DNA from: Callorhinchus milii
Lineage: Eukaryota
Length of the DNA stretch: 64,000 nucleotides
NCBI RefSeq assembly: GCF_018977255.1
Contig: NW_024704769.1
Span: 2,232,001-2,296,000, forward strand
Direction: 5' to 3'
The notes beneath the pieces are model-generated. The model worked only from the letters and a program-made list of their open reading frames with translations, searched no databases and was not told the origin of the DNA. Positions 1 to 10,961 of the stretch are shown here, piece by piece. The translations under genes were made by a program, and so were the position numbers. The first letter of the stretch is position 1; every line of letters starts with the position of its first letter.

Positions 1-280
1 AAGCAAAATACTAAAGGCTGTGGGAACAGCCAATGGCCAATTTTACATATCAGAGAAACAGGAAATATATTAGGCACAAGGTTTGCAGGACACTTTAGCG
101 CAATTAAAAATAGGGACAAATGAATAACTAGACATTTTACAGAACATGGGGAAGAATCCATGCAAATCATGGGCCGAGAATTTGACAGAAATTGGACAGT
201 GTCACAGAGACAAGAGAGAGAGAGGATAAATAGATAAACAGATTACATACAGTTATACCATCCAGATTAAATGTCCTGTA
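1..280 (+). mobile_element. Degenerate Penelope-like retroelement, C-terminal GIY-YIG endonuclease fragment
   Basis: Frame +1 reads ...ILHIRETGNILGTRFAGHFSAIKNRDK*ITRHFTEHGEESMQIMG...RQEREDK*INRLHTVIPSRLNVL*. This matches the PLE GIY-YIG pattern (YIGETG..L..RF..H...HF...RE..WI..L.T..P.GLN) with two premature stops. Confidence 0.75.
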
Positions 281-299
281 AAGCAGACTGGGCTAGGAG

Positions 300-485
300 G
301 GGTTAATTACCCTAATTAATAAATTAGTACCCCTTATTTACTTACCCCTAATTAACCCTTACTCTAATTACCGTAATTACCCTACACCCATTTACCCTAA
401 CCTAACCCCAATTACCCTATTTACACTAAACCTAATTATCCTAACTGTAATTACCCTAATTATTAACCCTATTTACCCTAACCAA
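300..485 (+). repeat. Degenerate telomere-like (TTACCCTAA/CCCTAA) repeat tract directly after the Penelope ORF
   Basis: Repeated aattaccctaa/cctaaccc units. Confidence 0.7.
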
Positions 486-1606
486 GCCTGGCAGACATTG
501 TCTCTCTCACCGCGTGTGTGTGTGTGTGCGTGTGTGTGTGTGAGTGAGCGTAGGTTGTCAGATGTGTCCGCGCTCCAACAGCTTCCCATAGTGAGACACA
601 GAGAAAGACTAATTCCTGATCAGCTGCAATCCCACAGCTCCCACAGTGGGTTACACAGAGATAAGAGGTACAGAGACCAGCCCCCAATCAGGAGATGTAG
701 AGAGGTCTAGTTGGTACCCAGTTAGTAAGATTTAATAAGATGTCCTTGACCAACAAAGAACTCAAGGAAAGATAAAGACGTCCTAATCACATTGATGGAT
801 AGTCAAAAATGATCGTTAGTTTAGTGTCCTGCAAGAACCTGTTACCGAAGACCTTTAGATGGCCTTTGGTTAGGGATGAGATCATTCCACAGTGAAACCG
901 AGGTCTGTAGTGGGCAAATATAGTGTATAAAAAAGGGGAGTTTCCAGCGATTCCTGGGAGCAGAACGGTCAGAGAATCTGATGTTATCCCTTGCGATCGC
1001 GTAGCCTGAGGACCCGGACTTTGTAATAAACTTTTGATTCCAATACTCTACGTTTCGAGTGTCGTTCAGCATCGAAGGCGCAAAGCCCTTCGGAGGGAAG
1101 CGGACGAGGTTGACGTGGGTGTGGGTGTGTGGGTGGATGTGTGGGGGGTGTGTACGTAGGTGAGTGTGGAGGTGTGAGTGTGCGTGTAGGCGTGAGCGTG
1201 TGCCAAAGCCAACAGGTGGCGTTTTTACTGGTTAAAATGGGCAGCCGATGGGTTAATTGATGCTCCGCTGTTTCCATGGTCACTGGCTGCATCCTCTTGA
1301 CGATCAGATGGTACCTTTCCATAACCATGGAAACCCGAGTGGGGCACAACACTGATGTAACAGTCATTCCAGGGGCTCAAAGTGCTCGGCAGGGCTTACA
1401 CTGACGTGTCGTACCTCTCGGGTGGGTTCTGTTGATCGTATCCCATTCACGTTCCCTATTGATTATTATTAGTATTGATCCCGAACAGAGGGGGGAGAGA
1501 GAGAGAGAGAGAGAGAGACATTAAACCGGGATCCTTCCGAGCGCTGTTAATGCGGGCTTCCAGTGCTATCAATTCCCCCTTTCCTTTTCCTTCATTAAAT
1601 TAAATT

Positions 1607-2083
1607 AAAGTACCACAGCTTCCTTTACTGAGCCATTAGCTCCACTCAACTCCTTCCCCTTCGCTCAATTATCGGGCGGAAGCCACGGAAGCTTTTACAC
1701 AGAAGATAGTAAAGAGTGATTTAGACACACACACACACACACACACCACACAATCTGTGTCTAAATTGGGGCACGAAACGGTCACAAATACTGGAGACTG
1801 CGCAATTTAGGGTCTTCGTGTTATTTGACAGCACGTCTTTATTTAATGATTTTCAAAGCAGCTGAAATCCAAAGGTTTTGTGGTCGCCTCATGCATTTCG
1901 GAGACAAGCCGACGATTAACAAAGCCAGTTTATTGATCGAGCGAAAGCTTTGAAACCAACACCGAACGCTGAACCTTAGCCAAAGTACCACAGCTTCCTT
2001 TACTGAGCCATTAGCTCCACTCAACTCCTTCCCCTTCACTCAATTATCGGGCGGAAGCCACGGAAGCTTTTACGCAGAAGATA
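1607..2083. repeat. 102-bp direct repeat (1607-1708 and 1982-2083), each copy carrying two ETS-type CGGAAG motifs
   Basis: aaagtaccacagcttcc...cgggcggaagccacggaagcttttac.cagaagata occurs twice with only 2 mismatches. Confidence 0.9.
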
Positions 2084-2479
2084 ATCAGCTTCTGGGCTCA
2101 GAGCCGAGGCCGTCGGCGTTGGGAATACCAGGGGAGAGGTTTGGCAGTAGGTTTCCTCCCGCACTTGACATGGCAGATCAAGAGGACCTCAAGATCCTCA
2201 CGCTCCCTCTCAGGCAACTCCCGACCTCTCCGACCTCCCGGCTCCCCAATCCACCACCCAACACCTCGCACCCCTCCACTCCACTTTTCATCGCTCTGAG
2301 ACTCTATCCTGCGTGGGGGACGCCGGATACCTGCAAGTTGTTGTTGTTGTTGAACACGTTGGCTTAGATTTGAAAGTTGCCCCAAAAGCCCTTTGCCCCA
2401 AACCCTCTCTGCAGATAACTCAGTCCATATGGTTGGTCAGAGGGAGGTTGGCACCTGGTTGATGGCAGTACAGTGAAGT

Positions 2480-2845
2480 GTCACACACACACTTACTCAC
2501 AAAATACGCACACAACACACCACGCAATACACACACTCACTTACACTCACAAAATGCACACAACGCACACAACACGCGCTCACTCACACAACGCGCACTC
2601 ACAGCACACACTCACTCACGCCACACGTACAACACAGCACACAACACACACTCACTCACACAACACACGCACAACACTCACTCACACAACACACACTCAC
2701 TCACACAACACACGCACAACACTCACTCACACAACACACACTCACTCACACAACACACGCACAACACTCACTCAACACACACGATCCACACTCACTCACA
2801 ACACACCCACGCACAACACACCACACACACACACACACACACACA
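2480..2845. repeat. CA-rich compound microsatellite
   Basis: (CA)n with cactcacacaacacac subunits. Confidence 0.9.
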
Positions 2846-4008
2846 TGCAGCTCGATTAAATATAAAAGCACTCGGATCAATGACGTGAAAAGCGCTATAT
2901 CAAATGCAAGGATTATTATTATTATTATTATTATTAAGAACATTTCAATATTTAAGTCACTTATAAAGCCTGGAGAGCAAGAGCAAGTGTGCGGCAAATA
3001 AATAATTGCTTAAAAAGGCACAAAGAACATTGATAGTCCTGGTTGTGGAATGTTCAACAGCAGTTCCCCCCACAACCCTCCCCTCCCCGCCCTGTCTCCC
3101 CTCCCCGGCCCCCTCTCCTGATTGTCTGGGGATGAGGATCTCTCTGGTTGTCACTCCGTCACCCTCTTCTTTGTCGTGTGTGTGTGTTGTGCGAGTGAGT
3201 GTTGAGCTAACAGTCTGAGTTACCAGCACACACTATCCTTCACACTATACCAACCACCAATAACCTCGTCTGTTAAGTTTTGAATCAGTTGAAGCCGCTT
3301 TAGCCGGACGCCAGGTAAATCGGACAAAACGAATGAGTCAAATAGCAATTGATCGATTGACTGATTGATTGATTGATTGATTGATTAATTGACAGCTGAA
3401 CAGCTTGGGATCAGCTGGAGCCCGTCTGATCACAAGCAGATTCAGACCCTCAACCGTGTCCCGTGCCCTGGGACGTCTTTCTGACGTGAAGGGCGCTGGA
3501 CAAGGGTGAATTGTCGTTGTTGTCAATCACCTCCGAGACGCCCCTGCTCCTCTACTGGCGGGAAGAGGGGTAAGGGAACTTTGCTCAGCCTCAAGACCCC
3601 ACCACTTACGCCGAACAAAATGGCCGGTTTAAGCGGCTTCCACTGTGTATATAGGGCGACCAAAATATCTACCCTATCATCAAAAAAAAATAAAATCATC
3701 ATTTCTTTAATACTTCTACTTGCACTCAACACCGTTGATCCTGTTCGGACGTATAACCCTCTCCGGGTTATTTCCACTGGGTCAACAGCAAAAAGCGATC
3801 TGTTTTGAAAGTACATTTAAAAAGAATCCGTATACAATACTGCCGTCGGGTATCACAACACTGGCGTTCCATTACAACTCAAACTAAGTGAGCCAGGCCA
3901 CAGCACGATGCAGAATATCACCCCCAACCCCTCAACCCACACTGATCTTGGAGGCTGGGGGCGGGCGGGGGGCGGGCGGGGGGGGGGGGGGGGGAGAGGA
4001 AACAAGCC

Positions 4009-4389
4009 CTAATCTACAAAGCAGTAGGTGACCAGCACCACCGAGCTCAGCAATGACACGCCTCGGAATGGGCAGGCAGTCTTGCCCGCACTGCCATCCA
4101 CGTAACTCCCGTTGCCATTGTTGGCAGGATAACGGTTGTGAATATTCCTGCTGTATCCCATTGATCTGATACCAGTGCCCAAAGCTAGCCCGCCAGCGAT
4201 ACCCAGGGCCCCCCCCACCGCAGCTCCAGCGATGGCGCCCTTGGCCATCTTCGTCTTCGAAGACGATGCAGGTTTCCCGAAGGACTTTGAGGTGCCGGAG
4301 CCTCCTTTCCGTTGCTTGGCCAGAGCCATCTCACTGACACTAGCCACCAGGAGCAGCACCAGCCAGCCAGCCGCCACGCGAGGCCTCAT
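4009..4389 (-). CDS. Prion-family, Shadoo-like GPI-anchored protein (126 aa, single coding exon)
   Basis: Signal peptide (aa 1-24, ALA|KQRK). Lys/Gly/Ser-rich N-terminus. Ala/Gly hydrophobic tract AIAGAAVGGALGIAGGLALG. N-glycosylation sequon N93-G-S. Small-residue omega region (GSAG) and hydrophobic C-terminal tail. A splice acceptor lies 10 nt upstream of the ATG (exon starts at 4399). Confidence 0.88.
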   Translation of the reverse strand: MRPRVAAGWLVLLLVASVSEMALAKQRKGGSGTSKSFGKPASSSKTKMAKGAIAGAAVGGALGIAGGLALGTGIRSMGYSRNIHNRYPANNGNGSYVDGSAGKTACPFRGVSLLSSVVLVTYCFVD

Positions 4390-4439
4390 AGCTCCTCACC
4401 TGCCAGGATACAAGCAAGCACCAAGAGAAGTCAACCTCC

Positions 4440-4845
4440 ATCACAGCAACCCTCCCAGCCTCCAACACACACACACACACCCCTTATACACACACCCAGC
4501 CTCCAACACACACACACACACCCTTACATACACACATCCAGCCTCCAACACATACTAGCCCCTCACACACACATCCAGCCTCCAACACACACACCCCTTA
4601 CACACACACCCAGCCTCCAACACACACACCCCTTACACACACACCCAGCCTCCAACACACATACCCCTTACACACACACCCAGCCTCCAACACACATACC
4701 CCTTACACCCACACCCAGCCTCCAATGCACGCTACCCCCTCACAAACACACCCATCCTCCAACACACACAGCCCCTCACACATACACAGCCTCCAACACA
4801 CATACCCCTTACACACACACACACAGCCTCCAACACACACACCAA
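4440..4845. repeat. ~38-bp minisatellite (cagcctccaacacacacaccccttacacacacacc)n
   Basis: About 10 tandem imperfect copies just upstream of the Shadoo-like acceptor. Confidence 0.85.
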
Positions 4846-5500
4846 ACAGCATCTATAATATCTGCCTGAACAGCATTGCAGTTTGACATCTCATCCGAAA
4901 GACGTAACCTGACAAAGCAGCTTCTCCCCACCCAACCCTTCCAACCCCCCCCCCCCACCCCATCCCTCCTCCACCCCCCCACCCCGGCCATCCCGGTTCA
5001 GTCACAATATAACTGCTGGCGAGGCTTGGGCTGCAGTTTTTAAGCTTAATCAGCAGCTGAGCGAGTGTTGGTGTTTATTGTTTAGTGTGCGCTGTGTGGA
5101 TCACTGCGCTGCTGATGTCTCTGTCCGCCCCCCCCCCCCCCCACCCGCCGCCCCCTCACCACCCCGTTGTGTGGCTAGTCAGGGCCCATTTTACACCAAC
5201 AAACACAACACAAGCCCAGTGTTAGATACCACTGCGATGCACGTCTCAGTTCACTCTGGACGAACGTCTGACTTTCCTGTCCGGACTTCGCGACAATCCT
5301 CGCGTTCGATACCTCGCCCTATCGTGCGTTTCAGACGTCTCAAATGCTTCACGGGATGGACTGCAGAGTGCGGTGACCGGATGTGGCCGACGCCTTAGCA
5401 CGATTTACACGTGGTGATGTTCTGCGTAGTCCTCTGAGACGCTATCTTGAGAGGCGGGCTCGGTATAAGTGCAAGTCGTTGCTGTTGTGGTGATGGGCTG

Positions 5501-5556
5501 GTTAAATAACTAGTTACATAACGGTGGTGGAGTTACATAACTAGTTACGTAACGGT
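5501..5556. promoter_or_regulatory. Cluster of PAR-bZIP/NFIL3 D-box motifs
   Basis: GTTACATAAC at 5513 and 5532, GTTACGTAAC at 5544, and a one-mismatch GTTAAATAAC at 5501. Consensus is RTTAYGTAAY. Confidence 0.55.
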
Positions 5557-5869
5557 TTAAAAGGGAACCCTTCGCTCTTGTGCCTTTGTGACCAAGCATC
5601 AGAAGATCGGGTTACTGAATCCCTGCCTCAATCCCTTAAACTCAACCCCTCTCAACCCCTTCAGACCTATCTTTTGTTAGAATCGAGCGATTTAACTGCA
5701 TTTTATATCCATATCCAGGGATAAGAGAGGCAAAGAGTTAAAAAATTGGCTACATGATACCAGTTGGGGTGATCCAAATCGCAAGGCATCCACACATGAT
5801 CTGCAGAGTACCTCGACTCAACAGGAACCCGAGAGACGATTGAGACGTTTTATGATTTAATATATCTGC

Positions 5870-6100
5870 TTCAATATCTATATGCTCCCTCTTGGTTGAC
5901 ATCATCCGCAGACATGGGGTGAATTTCCATGACACCCAACTCTACCTCTCCCGCCTCCACCCTCGACTCCAGGACCTTCAGCCACTCTGCCCCCAACCTC
6001 TGGAACTCCATTCTGCAGTCCCTCCGCCTCGCCCCACTCGCTTGACTCTTTCAAGACCCATCTCAAGACCTTCCTCTTCAACCATATTTTCGATCACCCT
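5870..6100 (+). mobile_element. L2 LINE fragment
   Basis: [20 protein letters not shown] remnant plus the ctctggaactc...ttcaagacccatctcaagacc 3' motif. Confidence 0.7.
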
Positions 6101-6746
6101 CCTTCCCCCCCCCCCCCCCCCCATGGAGGGGTTTAGTTTAACAACAGGCATTAACATTTTTATCTCAGGGTATAAGGGAAACTCACCAAACCAGTGCAGC
6201 ACAGCAGAACGGAGCTGGTGTCCTCGAGGGCTGTGTTGCTGTCCAAAGCTCTGAAGGTGTAATATGGTTTTGGTTCTGTTAATTATCGCTGATGCACTGT
6301 GTGTACAAATCATTCTACAAATGTTACAGTAAAACCTTCTTCACACCCATATTGGGATTGTCAAGTCGTCGTTCATTGGTTAATCCGGTCATTCTCCCCA
6401 GATGCACTGGGTCTAGTATCAGCGACAAGAAGCTTGTCTGTGCTCAGGAGAGATTAAGGAGGAGTTTTGATTATGTAACGGGGGAGAAATCAAGTCAGTA
6501 ACCAGAGGAACAACAATCACAGCAAGTTTGCAATGAGACAGTGCCGAGAACTCTCTTTATACACATCAGGAACATCAGACAGAGCGAAAAACAACAGAAT
6601 CCTGTGTGGTTTTGTGCACATTCTGTTTTTCAAAGCTTTTCAAAAGGGAATTAAAAAAATAATCCTTGCATTCGCCACAACGCCTTTCACATCAGGACAT
6701 CTGAAAGCTCTTCACAGGATTCACAGCGAAGAGCAGCGACTGTTTT

Positions 6747-7120
6747 CATAGAATATTACAGCACAGAAGGAGGCCATTCAGCCCATCAGGCCTGTACCGG
6801 CTCTTTGGAAGAGCTACCAACTAGTCCCACTCCCCCACTCTTACCCCACATCTCATCTCCCCTCTCGTTCTTTTGCCAATAAGTCTGTGTCCCCTGGTTA
6901 CTGCCCCACCCCTCCCAGTGCAAAGTTTCTCCCAATTTACTCTATCAAAACCCCTCATCATTGTGAACAAGTCGATTAAATCTCCCCTCAACCTTCTCCG
7001 CTCTAAGGAGAATAATCTCAGCCTCTCTCATCTCTCCACATAACTAAAGTCCCTCATCCCTAATGGTCCCTGGTACCATCCTGGTGAATGTCCTCTGCGC
7101 CTTCTCCAAGGCCTTGAACA
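6747..7120 (-). mobile_element. CR1 LINE 3' fragment
   Basis: Reverse complement of the CR1 3' end (ggctgaatggcctccttctgtgctgtaatattctatg). Closely similar to the copy at 15680-16261. Confidence 0.8.
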
Positions 7121-7509
7121 ATGTGGACAGCAAGGTTCTCACGGACGCCCATGAAGCGAACGACTAATTTTATCAGGGCCGGTGGTGTGGGGGAGATTGT
7201 CAGCCTTGACATTGACCAGGAAAAAAAACTCCCATCTCTTACCAGCTCCCAACCCTACCCACAGCACCATAGGGAGAGCTTTAAGTCCTGGATGAGAGTT
7301 GACTTTCTCCAGTTGATTGTCAATAAGTCTAAGGCTCTCCTGCTTGGCTCCCTTCAGCACCTCCTTACCTCAGACTCCGACAACATCGTCCTCCATGGAT
7401 ATACTCTACAACTTACGAACCCAATAAAGAACCTCAACTGTCCTTCACGCCCCACATTCGTATCATGATCGGCTCTGCCTTTCCCCACCTCAGCAATGTC
7501 ACTCGGCTC

Positions 7510-8070
7510 CAACACACACACACACACACACACATATTTATACACACACACATAATGTCACACACACACACACACACACAATAATACACACACACATATT
7601 CACAGTGATACACACATACACAGTGACACGCACACAGTGACACACACACACTGACACATAGTTATACACACGCATATACACAGTGACACACACTCACATA
7701 CACAGTGACACACACACAGTGACACACACACATACACAAAATGACACACGCACACAGTGACACGCACACACATTTATACACGCTTACACACAGTCACAGT
7801 GTGTATCCACACACACAAAGTTATACACAGACATACACAGTGATTTACACACACAGTTATAACACACACATACACACAGTGCCACACACATACACAGTGA
7901 CACAGTTATACACATACACACAGTGACACACACACACATATACCCAGTGACACACACACACACATAGACAGTGACACACACACAGTTATATACACACAAT
8001 GCCACACACAGTTATACACACACACCGTGACACAGTCACAATAACACACACAGTTACACACAGTCACACG
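7510..8070. repeat. CA-rich compound microsatellite
   Basis: (CA)n with acagtgac/acagttat interruptions. Confidence 0.9.
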
Positions 8071-8183
8071 GCGAGAACCAGCAGCAAATGGACTTTACAA
8101 CTCAAACACCCTTTGTCTCGACCGACAATAAATGTTAGCAATAATAACCATAAGCCCAGAGACAGAGAAACAACCCACCTACG

Positions 8184-8528
8184 TAATAATAATAACAATC
8201 TTTGTATTTAATACAGAGCCTTATCACGCCTTCTAGACGTCTCAAAGCGCTTCACAGAAAATACGTAAAGCGTAGCGACTGCGCCTTTTGTGGGCGAAAC
8301 GCGGCAGCCAATTGCGCACAGCAACGTCCCCACAAACAGCCGAAGTGACCGTTTTTTTTTGAAGGGGTTATTATCCCCTGGACAAGGGATCCGCCAATCA
8401 ACTAACAACCAGGTTCCTATTTACCGCTGGGTAAACAAAGGCGTGTGGAGTAAGGAAACTCGCCCTGGTCAGGAATCCAACCCAAATCCTCTCGCTTGCG
8501 AGGCGAGCGATCTAACCACTGAGCTACA
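8184..8528 (-). mobile_element. tRNA-derived Deu-domain SINE
   Basis: Minus strand: tgtagctcagtggttag A box, central gctgtttgtggggacgttgctgtgcgcaattggctgccgcgtt Deu-like core, LINE-like tail ending in (TTA)n. Confidence 0.8.
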
Positions 8529-9233
8529 TATAATATATACACACACACACACACACACACACGCGCGCGCGCACGCACGCACGAGAGAACTCATTCATCT
8601 TTCACCCAAAGCTAATCGCAAAGCGATTACGCAGAAAGAATAGAGACCGAAATAAACTCCACAATTACGGTACCAGCAAATAATCCGCCCGTCGTTGGAT
8701 TAGTTGTCCGGCTATTGTTTGCTGCACAAACCGCAGCTCAGCCAACACACCCGCCGGCTGCTCGCGGATGACCGTACCTGTCACTGGATAGATTTCCTCT
8801 GAAAAACAGCTGTTTTCTCCCAGGCTGTGTGTGTGTGTGTGTGTGTGTGTGGGTGTGTGTGGGGTGGGGTGGGTGGTGGGGGGGGGGGGCAGTGATGACT
8901 GTGTGTGTGCGTGTGCAGTGTGCATGCGTGACTTAGTCTAATCCCGAATGGTTTTGTTGTCAATGTCGTTTGATTGACAGCACAACGAGTCTATCACATT
9001 ACCTGGTTGCAATCTCCTCGCTTTCCCACAGGCTCTGGACGAGAGCATTTCCTTAAAGCAAAATTCAGCTAAATCCTTAAATGATAAGAAATGATTTTAA
9101 TTTATAGTCCCAGTTTGTTTTTAAGAAAAGACTGAATTGATGGAGGGAGGGAGGGAGGGAGGGGAGAAATATATATTTATTTATATTTAACAAATCAGCT
9201 ATGGCAAAATCAAGAGAAACTCCCTCTTCTTTT

Positions 9234-9600
9234 TAATAATAATAATAATCCTTGCGTTGATACAGCGACTTATCCCTTTGGGACGTCTCAAAATGCTTCC
9301 CAGAATGTTCTGTAAAGTGTGGGCGAATCTCGGCCGTCAATTGCGTCCCACAAGCCGTCGTGGGATCTTGAGTGACCAAATTATTATTAATATTTTAAAT
9401 TTTACTTATTTACTTACTTATTTATAAGGGATCCTTATCCCCGGAAAAGTGATCCGCCAATCGACTGACCTACTTACTGGTGGGCAAACAGAGGCATGCG
9501 GAGTAAGGAAACTTGCCTAAGGGTTCGCCCTGCCCGGGAATCGAACCTGGGTCCTCTCGTTTGCGAGGCGACGGCTCTAACCACCGAGCCGCAGGATTCC
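9234..9600 (-). mobile_element. tRNA-derived Deu-domain SINE (diverged)
   Basis: Same family; ggttcgattccc B box on the minus strand. Confidence 0.75.
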
Positions 9601-9949
9601 TGTTGGAGGAATGAGCTGTGAGATGTGGGGGAGCCGGAGACTCACGGTTGGGCAAAAATTAATGTCCACCTGGTACCTGGGTTTGAACATCTCAGCCCCA
9701 GGTAACGACTCCTACAATCCAGGAGTTTCCTGGGAGAGGGAAATGGGACTGAAACTCTCGGCCGTCAGAGGGGGCATTCCCTTTGATAAAAAGGAAACCC
9801 ACTGCCTGTTGTGTAATCCCCTGAAGCTTAATTATTAATTTTAGCCCTGGAAAACGTGTCCAAAGTCCAGCTGCTTGGCAGGCCCTGCAGATACCCCCCT
9901 CCCCCCCCCACCCGGGACCACTCAGCGCTGACAGCAAACGTCCTGCACG

Positions 9950-10155
9950 GTAGGTCTTCACTGTCCTGTATTTAGGGTCTAACTGTCCTGTATTGTAGGT
10001 TCTCACTGTCCTGTATTGTAGGGTCTCACTGTCCTGTACTATAGGGTCTCTCTGTTCTGTACATAGGGTCTCACTGTCCTGTATTGTAGGGTCTCATTTA
10101 GGGTCTCACTGTCCTGTATTGTAGGGTCTCATTTAGGGTCTCACTGTCCTATATT
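9950..10155. repeat. ~23-bp tandem repeat (gggtctcactgtcctgtattgta)n
   Basis: About 8 tandem copies. Confidence 0.9.
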
Positions 10156-10961
10156 GTGTCTCAGGAGATGTGCAACATTGGGCCTCACTTTTTTCAAGGA
10201 ACTGCAGAAAAATGCTTTGGATTTGAGCCCCCATATCCCTTCCCTTTCTGTGTGGCTTGGGTATTAATTAATTGGGTGGTGTGGGGGAGGTGTGTGTGTG
10301 TGGGGGGGGGGGTGGGAGTGTGTTATTTCACGTTCCATGCCTTGTCCACCCCACCATTGGGCCTTCATCTTCTCCGCAATCTACCCTCTGAACCCTGTCC
10401 CACAGTCCCTTCACCTCGCCCCTCCCTCGCCTCCTTCAGGACCCATCTCAAGACCCTCCTCTTCGGCCACACCTTCAGCCCTCCTCCTCCTCCTACGCCC
10501 CCCCAACCTTCCACCCCTCCTGATCCCAACCACCAGCTCGGGTTGCGGATCCTGACTGTGCAGCGTCTTGGGACGTGCTCCTGACGTGAAAGGCAGACAC
10601 CGTGCGTGTAAACGTCATGTGTTGTTGTCGTTGTGTGTACGTAGTGGGGTCTCTCCTCACGGACCGACAAACAGGGACTGTCGCTGAGAGTTCCACACTC
10701 GCATGTTTTACCGCACGTTGAAATTTCCCGTGTCCCAAGTGCAAAGGATGGTCACCAATAGCACTAAACCCATTACGTTGATTTAACAGGAAGCTTTTAT
10801 GGCCCTCTCAATGACCAACTATATTCGGAAGTTCCCTGAATCGCTATCCAACTGAAAGGCACTCCATAAATTCAAGTCATTATTTGTGCACGAGTTTCTC
10901 TCTCTCTCTCTCTCTCTCTCCTCTCTCTGTGTGTTGCTCCAGGGGTGTGTTTGGAGATACA

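Noticed and set aside
300-900. Telomerase RNA candidate because of CTAACCC motifs
   Set aside because: No pseudoknot, CR4/5 or H/ACA features seen; the motifs belong to a degenerate repeat tract.
1045-1105. Hammerhead-like CTGAACGA...GAAAC on the minus strand with nearby small hairpins
   Set aside because: The core has an extra base and stems I-III could not be formed convincingly.
2473-2888. His/Thr-rich ORFs (also at 4312-4869, 7741-8211, 23295-23647, 28406-28805)
   Set aside because: Translations of CA/TG microsatellites with no coding signal.
3506-3816. Overlapping ~100-aa ORFs on both strands
   Set aside because: No recognisable homology or splice context; they lie in the presumed 3' UTR of the Shadoo-like gene.
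9950-10155. Regularly spaced repeats resembling a CRISPR array (also 12948-13155, 30021-30172)
   Set aside because: No unique spacers, no cas genes and a eukaryotic context; these are simple tandem repeats.
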